NCBI GenBank assembly: GCA_020719045.1
Contig: DYQY01000001.1
Coordinates: 58,516 to 122,515, forward strand
Direction: 5' to 3'
From: Candidatus Termititenax sp.
GTDB taxonomy: Bacteria; Margulisbacteria; Riflemargulisbacteria; GWF2-35-9; DYQY01
DNA length: 64,000 nt
The notes beneath the pieces are model-generated. The model saw nothing but the letters and a program-made list of their open reading frames with translations. It did not search any database and was not told the DNA's origin. Positions within the stretch are counted from its first letter, which is position 1, and each line of letters opens with the position of its first letter. A program made the position numbers and the translations under genes. Below, in pieces: positions 7,944-18,317 of this stretch.

Positions 7944-9375
7944 ATATTCTAATCTTAGTTGTTTTTTCACTGTTAAGGTAAGGAAGACCTGCTACAAAAA
8001 GAACCTTATCCCCTTTGTTAAGGAAAGTTTCAGTTGTTATTTTGTTTGAAATATCCTGTAGCGACTTGTCGTCAAATTCTACCGAATATATGTCATGATA
8101 AACTGGGAGTATTCCCCAAAACAGATTTAGCTCCTTACAGAGCTTAGCCTGATTGCTTAGTGCAATTATTGGAAACTTAATCCTAGCTTTGGAAAGAACT
8201 GTAGCCGTGTATCCGCTAGTTGTGATAGCAACAACAGCCTTAATATCTAAATCATTACAAAGGTTGGAGATTGCTATGTCGTGATTCATGTCTATGCTTC
8301 TGTCCGTGTGATGCTCCATAAGAAATTTTAAAGAATCTTTGTAGTATTCGCTTTTTTCTATTTCTTCTGCAATGCGTTCCATTATATTAACTGCTTGTAT
8401 TGGAAATTTACCTACAGATGTTTCTGCTGACAGCATGATGGCATCAGTTCCATCTAAGATAGAGTTTGCAACATCATTTGCTTCAGCTCTTGTAGGGATT
8501 GGATCATTAATCATTGATTCCAACATTTGGGTGGCAATAATAACTGGTTTTCCCGCTATGTTAGATTTTTCTACTATCATTTTTTGAACAAGAGGAACTT
8601 TTTCTGGAGAGAGCTCAATTCCTAAGTCGCCTCTGGCAACCATTATTCCGTCAGCCTCTCGTATTATTTCATCGATTCTTTCAACTGCTTGAGGCTTTTC
8701 TATCTTCGCAATTACTGGAATATTTTTCCCGTAAGATTGTATTATTTGTTTTGCTTGAATAATATCTTTTTCAGAACGAACAAATGATAATGCGATATAG
8801 GATATGTCGTTTTGTGCGGCAAAATGGATGAACTCTTTGTCTCTTTCTGTAATTGCTGGGGTGCTTACTTCTGTTCCTGGTAGATTAATTCCTTTTCTGG
8901 ATGATAGTATTCCTCCATTAATTACTGTACAGCCTATTCTTTTGTTATTTACCCAATCTGCTTTAAGTCTTATTTTGCCGTCATTTATAAAGATATCATC
9001 TCTAGGTTTAACATCTTTAACAATATTCTTATAGTCAACAGGAATGTCTTGGTTTTCTATTTTATCTGCAGTAGTCAGAACAATCTCTTGTCCATCTTCA
9101 AGTAGGATATCTTCCTTTAACTGTCCCATTCTTATTTTGGGGCCTTGTAGGTCTATTAGAATAGCAATGTTGCATTTCTTTTCATTCGAGATAGCTTTTA
9201 TGAGCTTAATGGTTTCTTGATGCTTCTCTGGGCTACCGTGTGAACTGTTAATGCGGAAAACATCAACGCCAGCATCTATTAGAGAGCTTATCATTTGATG
9301 GTTGTCGCTGGCAGGACCAACAGTTATAACTATTTTAGTGTTATTTGGTTTTTTAATAGTTTGCATGTCGAACAT
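7933..9375 (-). CDS. pyk: Pyruvate kinase
   Basis: TKIVITVGPA, DLQGPKIR, GIMVARGDLG, ATQMLESM and DAIMLSAET. Confidence 0.97.
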   Translation of the reverse strand: MFDMQTIKKPNNTKIVITVGPASDNHQMISSLIDAGVDVFRINSSHGSPEKHQETIKLIKAISNEKKCNIAILIDLQGPKIRMGQLKEDILLEDGQEIVLTTADKIENQDIPVDYKNIVKDVKPRDDIFINDGKIRLKADWVNNKRIGCTVINGGILSSRKGINLPGTEVSTPAITERDKEFIHFAAQNDISYIALSFVRSEKDIIQAKQIIQSYGKNIPVIAKIEKPQAVERIDEIIREADGIMVARGDLGIELSPEKVPLVQKMIVEKSNIAGKPVIIATQMLESMINDPIPTRAEANDVANSILDGTDAIMLSAETSVGKFPIQAVNIMERIAEEIEKSEYYKDSLKFLMEHHTDRSIDMNHDIAISNLCNDLDIKAVVAITTSGYTATVLSKARIKFPIIALSNQAKLCKELNLFWGILPVYHDIYSVEFDDKSLQDISNKITTETFLNKGDKVLFVAGLPYLNSEKTTKIRIFTL

Positions 9376-9490
9376 ATATAATAGCAGACAATATCTTACA
9401 AGATAAGTTATATTTTTGTGAATATTTAATGGGTTTTGAATAATGACGAGCTAATTTTAGTAACGGCATATTTATCTTTGTTTCTTCCAT
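9353..9490 (-). CDS. 45-aa ORF MEETKINMPLLKLARHYSKPIKYSQKYNLSCKILSAIIYVRHANY (small protein or truncated gene start)
   Basis: Perfect AGGAGG SD 7 nt before the ATG and a sigma70-like promoter upstream; no recognised homology. Confidence 0.35.
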   Translation of the reverse strand: MEETKINMPLLKLARHYSKPIKYSQKYNLSCKILSAIIYVRHANY

Positions 9491-9511
9491 TTTTTATCCT
9501 CCTTTTTGTTA

Positions 9512-9539
9512 AGTATACACCTCTAGTTTTCAAATTCAA
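9512..9539 (-). promoter_or_regulatory. Sigma70-like promoter TTGAAT-16-TATACT
   Basis: Read on the minus strand upstream of the 9490 ATG. Confidence 0.45.
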
Positions 9540-9550
9540 TTAAGATATAA

Positions 9551-9575
9551 AAAAAGCCCCCTTTCGGGGGCTTTT
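9551..9575 (-). terminator. Intrinsic terminator downstream of pstS
   Basis: Minus strand aaaagccccc-GAAA-gggggc followed by a U-tract. Confidence 0.85.
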
Positions 9576-9603
9576 AAATTTACATTATTGTCTCATCAAA
9601 AAA

Positions 9604-10455
9604 CTATTTCAATAAACCTTCGTTCTTATTCATAATGTCTTTACCTATAAGGAAAAAACCATGTTTCTTAAATAGGCTTTGACCAGCTGATGAAAGCTCA
9701 TACTTAATGAACGCTTTACCTTCTGGAGTAGCCTTATTCGAAATATACTGATACAAGAACCTTGAAAGTGGGTATTTACCTGCATTAACAGCAGCAACAT
9801 CAGTAGCAGAATATGCTGTTCCGCCAGTCTTTTCAGAAACTGACAACTTTGTTATACCTGGAATTACCTTACCGTCTACGATAACAGCAGATGCACCAAC
9901 GTATCCAATCGCTCCTGGGTCCTTCTTAACTGCTTCAACAATAGCAGAATTGTCTACCATACTAATCATTGTATCTGCATAGTTTCCTTTAATGATATCT
10001 TCTTTCACAAATGCGTAAGTTCCTGAATTGCTGAATCTTCCATAAAGCACTATTGGTTGATTAGCTCCACCAACATCACTCCAATTCTTATATTCTCCAG
10101 TATAAATCTTAGTTATCTGCTCTACAGATAAGCTCTTAACTTTATTGCTTGGATTAACAATCATAGAAAGAGCATCAATAGCAAGAATTATTTCCTTAAT
10201 CTCTAGACCACTTTCTTTACCTTTGGCTATTTCTTTATCCTTAATCTGTCTTGAAGCATTAGCTATCTCTGTTGAACCTTTAAGTAAAGCTGTAATCCCA
10301 GCACCTGATCCTCCACCAGAAACATTAATTCCCTCTGCCTTATACCCTTTAGCAATCTCTTCTACAGAATCAAGTAAAGTATCTGAACCTTTAACGGTAA
10401 CAGGCGCCGCAAAAGCCATTGATAACAAAACTAACATTACTAATAATTTTTTCAT
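9604..10455 (-). CDS. pstS: Phosphate-binding periplasmic protein (PstS family), no pstCAB adjacent
   Basis: Signal peptide, VKGSDT, SGGGSGAGI, IANASR, SGTY and YPLSRFLY. Confidence 0.85.
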   Translation of the reverse strand: MKKLLVMLVLLSMAFAAPVTVKGSDTLLDSVEEIAKGYKAEGINVSGGGSGAGITALLKGSTEIANASRQIKDKEIAKGKESGLEIKEIILAIDALSMIVNPSNKVKSLSVEQITKIYTGEYKNWSDVGGANQPIVLYGRFSNSGTYAFVKEDIIKGNYADTMISMVDNSAIVEAVKKDPGAIGYVGASAVIVDGKVIPGITKLSVSEKTGGTAYSATDVAAVNAGKYPLSRFLYQYISNKATPEGKAFIKYELSSAGQSLFKKHGFFLIGKDIMNKNEGLLK

Positions 10456-10494
10456 TTCTCTCTCCTTAATTAATTTAATCTAAACACGGTTTTC

Positions 10495-11940
10495 TTACTT
10501 ATCACCTCCGTTAACAATTACTGATAAATTATCAACGATATCCTTAACATTGACTGCTTGCGCTTTAAACTGGACGCTAGTTGCTGATAGCTCTGTTGAA
10601 ACAGCATTAATATCATTAGCTGAATCAAACAAGGCATGCATGTTCTGCCCTATCTGAACAATAGCTTGATTTTGGCTGTTATTTAAGGTTGAAGCACTAT
10701 CCATAATTTCAGAAATACTCTGGACTCCTTCCATAATATTTGTCAAAACGCTTGATGTGTTATCAACAATAGAAACTCCTTCCTCAGTCATCAGTATTGA
10801 ATTTGCTATTAACTCGCTAGTTTCCTTTGCTGCTTCTGAACTTTTTTCTGCAAGACTTCTTACTTCTTTTGCTACAACAGCAAATCCCTTACCTGCATCT
10901 CCTGCCCTACTAGCTTCTACTGCGGCATTTAACGAAAGAAGATTTGTCTGAGTAGCTATATCGTTTATTGTTTTAATAATAGTCTCCATTTTTTCAGTTG
11001 ATTCTTTTATATTTGTCATACTTTTCTGCATCAACGTCATACACCTATATCCGTCTTGAACCTTACCACTTATATGTCTCGAAGAATCTGTTGCTTCTTG
11101 CATCTTTACTAAGTTGGTTTGCGAAATAGCCTTTATATCCTCTACTTCTTTTGTGGTTGAAGAAATGCTACTAACTTGCCTATTAGAAGTAGCACTGGTA
11201 TGGTCACTAACTTTATTAATTTCCCCTGATGCTTGGTAAAGATTACTGGCTGATGTTGATAATAATACCATAATACTATTTATTGGATTAGAAATCCCTT
11301 TAGCTACAAGAACTGCTAGAGTAACTGCTATTATAATAATTATGCTTACTCCAAAAACAAACAAAAAAATTGTTCGTTTATGGCTTTTTAAAGAATCTGT
11401 ATACTTTTTCTGACTTAAATCATTTTCTAAAACCAACAATTCTTTGATTGTCGTATTTAAACTATCAAATTGCTTTGTTGCAGACATCAGGTAAAGAGTT
11501 GCAGTTGACGTGTCGTCTATAATAACATCCATTATTTGAGAATGAACACTTAGATACTGACTTAACACAGTATCAAATTTCGTAAGATAACCCTCTTCTT
11601 CAGTGCCAGTCTTTACGTTATCCCTGAACTCTTTTTGAGTTTCAGTCAATTTTGACTTATACTCATTAATACCCTTAACCACTGCATCTAGCTGATCCTC
11701 ATCAAAACCTTGGTCAACTAAATTAATTAAAGAACTTGTTGATAAATGAATTGAGGTAAGATAATTCATTAGGTCAGAGCTAAATTTATAATTCTGAAAC
11801 CTAACTGTGTGAATCTCTTTAACAATCTTTATCTGCTTATTGATTGCTACTGTTGCGACAACAGCAATTAATATACAAAACAGTATTACCGTTACTTGAG
11901 AACCTATAATTTTTTTAAATAAACTGAGTTTTTCTAACAA
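10495..11940 (-). CDS. Methyl-accepting chemotaxis protein
   Basis: Two TM helices flanking a helical sensor domain; signalling signature [37 protein letters not shown]. Confidence 0.93.
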   Translation of the reverse strand: MLEKLSLFKKIIGSQVTVILFCILIAVVATVAINKQIKIVKEIHTVRFQNYKFSSDLMNYLTSIHLSTSSLINLVDQGFDEDQLDAVVKGINEYKSKLTETQKEFRDNVKTGTEEEGYLTKFDTVLSQYLSVHSQIMDVIIDDTSTATLYLMSATKQFDSLNTTIKELLVLENDLSQKKYTDSLKSHKRTIFLFVFGVSIIIIIAVTLAVLVAKGISNPINSIMVLLSTSASNLYQASGEINKVSDHTSATSNRQVSSISSTTKEVEDIKAISQTNLVKMQEATDSSRHISGKVQDGYRCMTLMQKSMTNIKESTEKMETIIKTINDIATQTNLLSLNAAVEASRAGDAGKGFAVVAKEVRSLAEKSSEAAKETSELIANSILMTEEGVSIVDNTSSVLTNIMEGVQSISEIMDSASTLNNSQNQAIVQIGQNMHALFDSANDINAVSTELSATSVQFKAQAVNVKDIVDNLSVIVNGGDK

Positions 11941-12094
11941 AATATTTCCCCCTCAAAAACCAATTATAGTTATAACAAATTTACAGATATTTAACAATAA
12001 ATAGTGATAAATATTATATTAACGATTCCCTTTCTACTAATTTTAAACAAAAATGTCCATTAGCCTTAGTCTTTCATCTTTCATCTTTAATCTA

Positions 12095-12100
12095 TATAAT
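12095..12100 (+). promoter_or_regulatory. -10 element of rnpB
   Basis: TATAAT ending 7 nt before the P1 helix. Confidence 0.55.
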
Positions 12101-12106
12101 ACAATC

Positions 12107-12390
12107 GGCCAGTCGAGTCATCGTCTGTATTTATTTACGGGAGGAAAGTCCGGACTCCATAGAGCACTGTAGCGGGTAACGCCCGTCCGGCGCAAGCCGA
12201 GGACTAGTGGAACAGAAACGATCCTATTAAGTTAGGCTGAAACGGCTAAACTCTACAGGGAGCAAGACCAAATAGGCAAAGAGGAGTTGCTCGCTCCATT
12301 TGGATTTGCGGGTAGGTTGCTAGAGATAAACAGCAATGTTTGTCCAAGATAAATGATGACATAGAACAGGATCCGGCTTATGGACTGGCC
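12107..12390 (+). ncRNA. rnpB: RNase P RNA (compact type A-like, about 284 nt)
   Basis: P1 GGCCAGTC/GACTGGCC, P2 GTCATC/GATGAC, and conserved GAGGAAAGTCCGG and AGAACAGGATCCGGCTTA blocks. Confidence 0.95.
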
Positions 12391-12398
12391 ACTTATTT

Positions 12399-14576
12399 TT
12401 ATTCGTCCTCAAGAGCTACAAGCTCCGCAGAAACACTGCGTAGGCGACTTGAAAGACGCTTTGCGAAATTCCTCGTGAGTGTGAGGAAAATTGCCTGATG
12501 GTCCTTCAATAATTTCTTATAAGACTCTACTGTCAAAACGAAAAGACTACCTTCCTCTGTTGCTGTAACAGATGATGAACGCGGCTCTTCAGAAAACAAT
12601 GCAATTTCTCCAAAATGTTCGCCTGCGCCATAAGTAATTAGCCTTCTTTGATCGTCAATATTATTCGAAGGACAGTACAGAACACTGAACTCCCCTCTCC
12701 TAATAAAATACACCTCACATGCCACATCGCCTGCCGAGTAAACCAAATCACCTACCATGAAATCACGACTTACAAGATACCCTGATAAGATTTCTAGCTG
12801 AGTATCTGAAAGTCCCTGACATGACGTTAGTTCAGACAAGGGAAGCAACGTATCTTTTTTGGATACGGTTGCTTTATGTCCATGACGAATAAGTAAACTA
12901 TCTTCACAGGCTTCCGTTGCCAAATCTATATCTATAAAAAGATGCTCTTCGCCCACGCTTCTAAGAATCTCTAACTCATCCAGCATATTCTTAAATTTGC
13001 TTTTCTTCATTAACCCTGACAGACAAATAGTCTTACCTGTCTTAAGTATATGGTCTACCAATTCCTTTAACATCTGACCGCCAGTTAGGTCGATGGATTG
13101 AACATGACGCATATCTAAAATAATCTCTTGTACTACCTTGATTTCTTTTTCAATAATTTCTGAAAACCGATCTACTGTACCAAAAAAAACACTTCCCTCT
13201 AGTTCTACTACTATAATCTCTCTTCCATGACGATTTAAGATTTTATTGGCGACATCGCTTCTAAGCTTACGTGAGCGCATTACATTCCCATAACGAATAC
13301 TTCTAACAACACGAGATGCTATCTGACTCTTTATAAAAACTATAAAAGCCAAAAGCAAACCTATTCCTACTGCTATAATTAAATCCACTAAAACCGTAAT
13401 TATTGTTACTGCCAACATAATAAGCACATCTTCTTTTACCGATTTCTTTGAAATCAACTTAAAGCTCCAAATATCAATCATTTTTACTGCTGTTACCAAC
13501 AAAATTCCAGCAAGGACTGACATTGGAATCCACTGTGCAAAAACACCTAAAAAGATTAGCACAAACAACAGAATTATACTGTGCACCATTCCAGCTATCT
13601 TTGTTTTCCCTCCTGCGTCAATATTGCATACAGTGCGAACTGTTGCTCCTGCCCCTGGTAGACCACCAAATAAGCCTGAAAGCACGTTACCGATACCCTG
13701 ACCAATTAATTCACGATTACTGTTATGCTTTTCTTTAGTTTTAAGATCAGCAATAACAGAAGTAAGCAAAGTATCTATTGCGCCCAGCAACCCTATGATA
13801 ATTGCTTGCTGAATCATAAGTTTCCAAATATCTAAATCAAACAAAGCAAAAAATGATAAATGCAAGAAAAAAACAGGCTTAGGAAGAACATTAGGAATTG
13901 GCCCGATTATTAGTGAATTATTTTGTAGGCTAAGAAAGGATGGTTCAATAAAATACCCAACTGCTAAATAAGCGACCACTCCACTTATTAATGCAAACAA
14001 TGAAGATGGGATTCTTTTCGTTATTATTGGTAACAATACCATGCTCAAGACTGTTACTACTCCAACTCCAATTATTAGAATATTCTTAGTGTGAAATATT
14101 GTTAAGATTTCAGACCATCTTGTCTGGCTAGTAACCCCCAAAAAAGGCTTAATCTGGCTAATAAAAATTATCACAGCAATACCATTCATAAATCCAGCCA
14201 AAACGGAATAAGGAATAAACTTAATAAGCTTCCCCGTACGGGTAATGCCCAAAATAATTTCCACCAGTCCTCCCATAATAATGGTAATGGAAAAGATAAG
14301 TATAACTGCTGCAATCTGATCCTGCTGAGGTATCTTATGCAAAAAACCAGTTGCAATTACCGTTGCTATCGTGGATTTTGTAACCACAGACATCGGACCA
14401 GTTGGGCCTGTTACCTGTGAGGGGCAACCACCAAAAAGCGATGCAAAAAAACCAGTAAAAATAGCGCCTGTTAAACCAGCCACTGCTCCTATTGGAATAA
14501 AGGCAGGACCTAGTGGGGAAAAAGCGGCTACGCCAAATGCAATTGCCAATGGCAATGCAATGACCGAAACAACCAT
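12399..14576 (-). CDS. SulP/SLC26 anion transporter with STAS and cyclic-nucleotide-binding domains (start may lie upstream, about 14624)
   Basis: ALPLAIAFG, GPTGP, NRELIGQGIGN, GATVRT; STAS LEGSVFFG..DLTG; cNMP domain GEHFGEIAL..PRSSSV. Confidence 0.92.
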   Translation of the reverse strand: MVVSVIALPLAIAFGVAAFSPLGPAFIPIGAVAGLTGAIFTGFFASLFGGCPSQVTGPTGPMSVVTKSTIATVIATGFLHKIPQQDQIAAVILIFSITIIMGGLVEIILGITRTGKLIKFIPYSVLAGFMNGIAVIIFISQIKPFLGVTSQTRWSEILTIFHTKNILIIGVGVVTVLSMVLLPIITKRIPSSLFALISGVVAYLAVGYFIEPSFLSLQNNSLIIGPIPNVLPKPVFFLHLSFFALFDLDIWKLMIQQAIIIGLLGAIDTLLTSVIADLKTKEKHNSNRELIGQGIGNVLSGLFGGLPGAGATVRTVCNIDAGGKTKIAGMVHSIILLFVLIFLGVFAQWIPMSVLAGILLVTAVKMIDIWSFKLISKKSVKEDVLIMLAVTIITVLVDLIIAVGIGLLLAFIVFIKSQIASRVVRSIRYGNVMRSRKLRSDVANKILNRHGREIIVVELEGSVFFGTVDRFSEIIEKEIKVVQEIILDMRHVQSIDLTGGQMLKELVDHILKTGKTICLSGLMKKSKFKNMLDELEILRSVGEEHLFIDIDLATEACEDSLLIRHGHKATVSKKDTLLPLSELTSCQGLSDTQLEILSGYLVSRDFMVGDLVYSAGDVACEVYFIRRGEFSVLYCPSNNIDDQRRLITYGAGEHFGEIALFSEEPRSSSVTATEEGSLFVLTVESYKKLLKDHQAIFLTLTRNFAKRLSSRLRSVSAELVALEDE

Positions 14577-14763
14577 TCCACTCAGAACATCTTTCTTCCA
14601 GTTAGAAAAGTCTATACTTATAATCTTGTGCCACCTTTTATTTGTATTTTACTCTAATCCATTTTACTTCGGTTAATAGAAACAATCCAACTTAAATTAT
14701 CTATTTTGCTTATGTCCGCAAGCAAAATAGGTAATAATACTATTTGCCAACTTTATTATTCCT

Positions 14764-16111
<1,348 letters not shown>

Positions 16112-16128
16112 AAAGGCTTTTTGATTTA

Positions 16129-16419
16129 GTGTTAGATACGTTTATAAGAAGTCGGTTCTTTACGTTTCTTTTAGTTCTGATGGTTGGTAGTATGTTATAC
16201 CAGAATCTTAGAATTCTGTATTACAATATTAGCTACAGTCAAAAGATTAAGTCAACGAACCGACTTATTATTTTGGAAGAAGAAAAGAACAAGATGCTAA
16301 ATGAGCAGCTTGTATATGCTGGGTCGATAGGTAATGTAGAGCAAAAAGCTCGAACTATCTTAGGTCTAGTAAAACAAAATGAGGTAGCGTACAAGATAGT
16401 ACGCAAAAAAGGTGATTAA
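16129..16419 (+). CDS. Septum formation initiator FtsB/DivIC family
   Basis: One TM helix, coiled coil, EQKARTILGLVKQNE; lies downstream of eno. Confidence 0.75.
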   Translation: MLDTFIRSRFFTFLLVLMVGSMLYQNLRILYYNISYSQKIKSTNRLIILEEEKNKMLNEQLVYAGSIGNVEQKARTILGLVKQNEVAYKIVRKKGD

Positions 16420-16885
16420 CATAGAAAACGAAGAAAATATACTAGAAAAAGACTCCATTGTAGACGGCGTAGTAACGGGCGTTACTAGTTTCGGAGCCTT
16501 TGTCAAACTCCCAGGAAATAACGAAGGTCTTGTTCATATTTCAGAAGTTGCAAACGAATATGTTACAGACATTAACAAACACGTTGCCTTAAACGATAAC
16601 GTAAAAGTTAAGGTGCTAGGCAAAAACCCAAAAGGTAAATATGACCTTTCTATGAAAAAAGCAGCTCCTCCAAAAGAAGTTGAAGAATCTGATAATTCCG
16701 AAGAAAACAGAATCGCGACAATGGACAGAAGGAAAGCTAAAAAACTTGCAGAAACTGGAGAACTTAATCCATTTGAATCTAAAATGCTTAACTTCCTAAA
16801 GAAAAGCGAAGAAAAACAAATAGATTTAAAGCGTAATATTCAGTTAAAACAGGGTTTCAAGAAAAAGAAAAAGCTTAAAAAATAG
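16412..16885 (+). CDS. S1 RNA-binding domain protein (YabR/YugI-like)
   Basis: GVVTGVTSFGAFV..EGLVHISEVA; C-terminal FESKMLNFLKKSEEK. Confidence 0.85.
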   Translation: MINIENEENILEKDSIVDGVVTGVTSFGAFVKLPGNNEGLVHISEVANEYVTDINKHVALNDNVKVKVLGKNPKGKYDLSMKKAAPPKEVEESDNSEENRIATMDRRKAKKLAETGELNPFESKMLNFLKKSEEKQIDLKRNIQLKQGFKKKKKLKK

Positions 16886-16891
16886 CGCTTG

Positions 16892-17635
16892 TTAGCTACG
16901 AATTTCTACTAACATTTCTTTCATTATAACTTCAAGTTTCATGGCACTTTCAATAGAATAATCTCTACTATCATTGTCCCAGTCATATACTTGTGGCTTA
17001 CCAACGATAGTTTTAATTTCAAGTAACGTAATATTTTTCTCAGCTTTATTAAAAATCTTAAATAAAGGATCATTCACCACGGGAATGATCGGTGTCTGCG
17101 TCTGAAAGGCTACCTGCAGGCTTCCCCTCTTTATCTTTTGAATCTCACCATCAACTGACCTAGTTCCTTCTGGAAACACCAAAACAGAGTGTCCACTAAG
17201 TAATTCGTCTTTGATTTTATCCAATGTTTCTGCCGAACGCCTTACGTTCTTTCTATCTATTGTTAAATAGTCTGCCATTTTAATCAGTGAACCAATAATC
17301 GGTGCTTTTAATAACTCTTCCTTAGCTACAAACAAAAAGCCAGGCGGAAGTATTGCTAAAGAAAGGATTATATCTAAATCGCTTTGATGGTTCATACAGT
17401 AAACAAAAGTTCCTTTTGTTGGGAACTCACCCTTAACCTTAGGACTAACCCCCTGAAGCAAAAGAATAAAATTAGAGTTAAGCTTATACAATCTTCTTAA
17501 ATAATAGATAGCCTTCTTACCAAAAATTAATTTAATAATAATTGATTGAAGATAAGTGCCCAGAACAACAACAAACCCTACTAACACAAAATAAATAGAA
17601 TATAGTTTTTTAAAAATACTTTTCATAAAAATCAT
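16892..17635 (-). CDS. plsC: 1-acyl-sn-glycerol-3-phosphate acyltransferase
   Basis: NHQSDLD, FVAKEEL and FPEGTRS. Confidence 0.9.
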   Translation of the reverse strand: MIFMKSIFKKLYSIYFVLVGFVVVLGTYLQSIIIKLIFGKKAIYYLRRLYKLNSNFILLLQGVSPKVKGEFPTKGTFVYCMNHQSDLDIILSLAILPPGFLFVAKEELLKAPIIGSLIKMADYLTIDRKNVRRSAETLDKIKDELLSGHSVLVFPEGTRSVDGEIQKIKRGSLQVAFQTQTPIIPVVNDPLFKIFNKAEKNITLLEIKTIVGKPQVYDWDNDSRDYSIESAMKLEVIMKEMLVEIRS

Positions 17636-17640
17636 TATAG

Positions 17641-17890
17641 TACTTATGCTCTTTCCTTAAAAGAAAGTAAAACTAACACGACAACATTACATAATTGTAA
17701 AAACAGGTCTAATAGTTGCCAGAGATCCCATTAAAAAACAAATGCTTTATTGGAATCAAATTAAACAAGAAACACGTGCCGAATACCAAACAATAAAGGA
17801 TATTCTAGAAGCTCAAGGATTTGAGATATTAGGCGTAGTTATTGCTGAAATATTCTCTAAATAGACCCCCGTTTTGTCCATTAGACCTAA
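17641..17890 (+). mobile_element. Degenerate IS remnant (IS256/Mutator-like transposase fragment, 17706-17864)
   Basis: Start-less frame GLIVARDPIKKQMLYWNQIKQETRAEYQTIKDILEAQGFEILGVVI resembles the segment preceding the DG of IS256-like transposases, as recalled from memory. Confidence 0.55.
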
Positions 17891-17962
17891 ATTTCATTTT
17901 TGTTTTAGGGGGTAGTGTAGCTTCACTACCCCCAGTCAACAAATGAGAGAGAGAGAGAAATG

Positions 17963-18307
17963 TTAACCGATAGCTTTACTACCTTTTTCGCCTGTCCTGA
18001 TACGAATTGTTGCTTCAAGATCAAGAACGAAAATCTTACCGTCACCAACTTCACCAGTCTGAGCTCCAGAAACAATAGCTTTTACAGTTGCTTCAACAAA
18101 AGCATCGTTAACAGCAATTTCTAATTTAATTTTTCTTAGAAGATTACCACTTTCCTTATTGCCTCTATAATACTCTGCAATTCCCATCTGACGTCCGTGC
18201 CCTAATACTTCACTAACTGTCATTAAGTTTACTTCTGCATCGTATAGCGCCTGTTTAACTTCTTCTAATCGATGTGGCTGAATAATAGCAATTATGTATT
18301 TCATCAT
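17963..18307 (-). CDS. glnK: P-II nitrogen regulatory protein
   Basis: [22 protein letters not shown] and IRIRTGE; follows amtB. Confidence 0.95.
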   Translation of the reverse strand: MMKYIIAIIQPHRLEEVKQALYDAEVNLMTVSEVLGHGRQMGIAEYYRGNKESGNLLRKIKLEIAVNDAFVEATVKAIVSGAQTGEVGDGKIFVLDLEATIRIRTGEKGSKAIG

Positions 18308-18317
18308 TAACCCCTTT

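Noticed and set aside
9376-9440. Possible dif site at the skew flip
   Set aside because: Only a partial TATATATGTT resemblance; no XerC/XerD arm pair
12071-12091. ctttcat-ctttcat-ctttaat triplet repeat upstream of rnpB
   Set aside because: Short, low-complexity and expected by chance in AT-rich DNA
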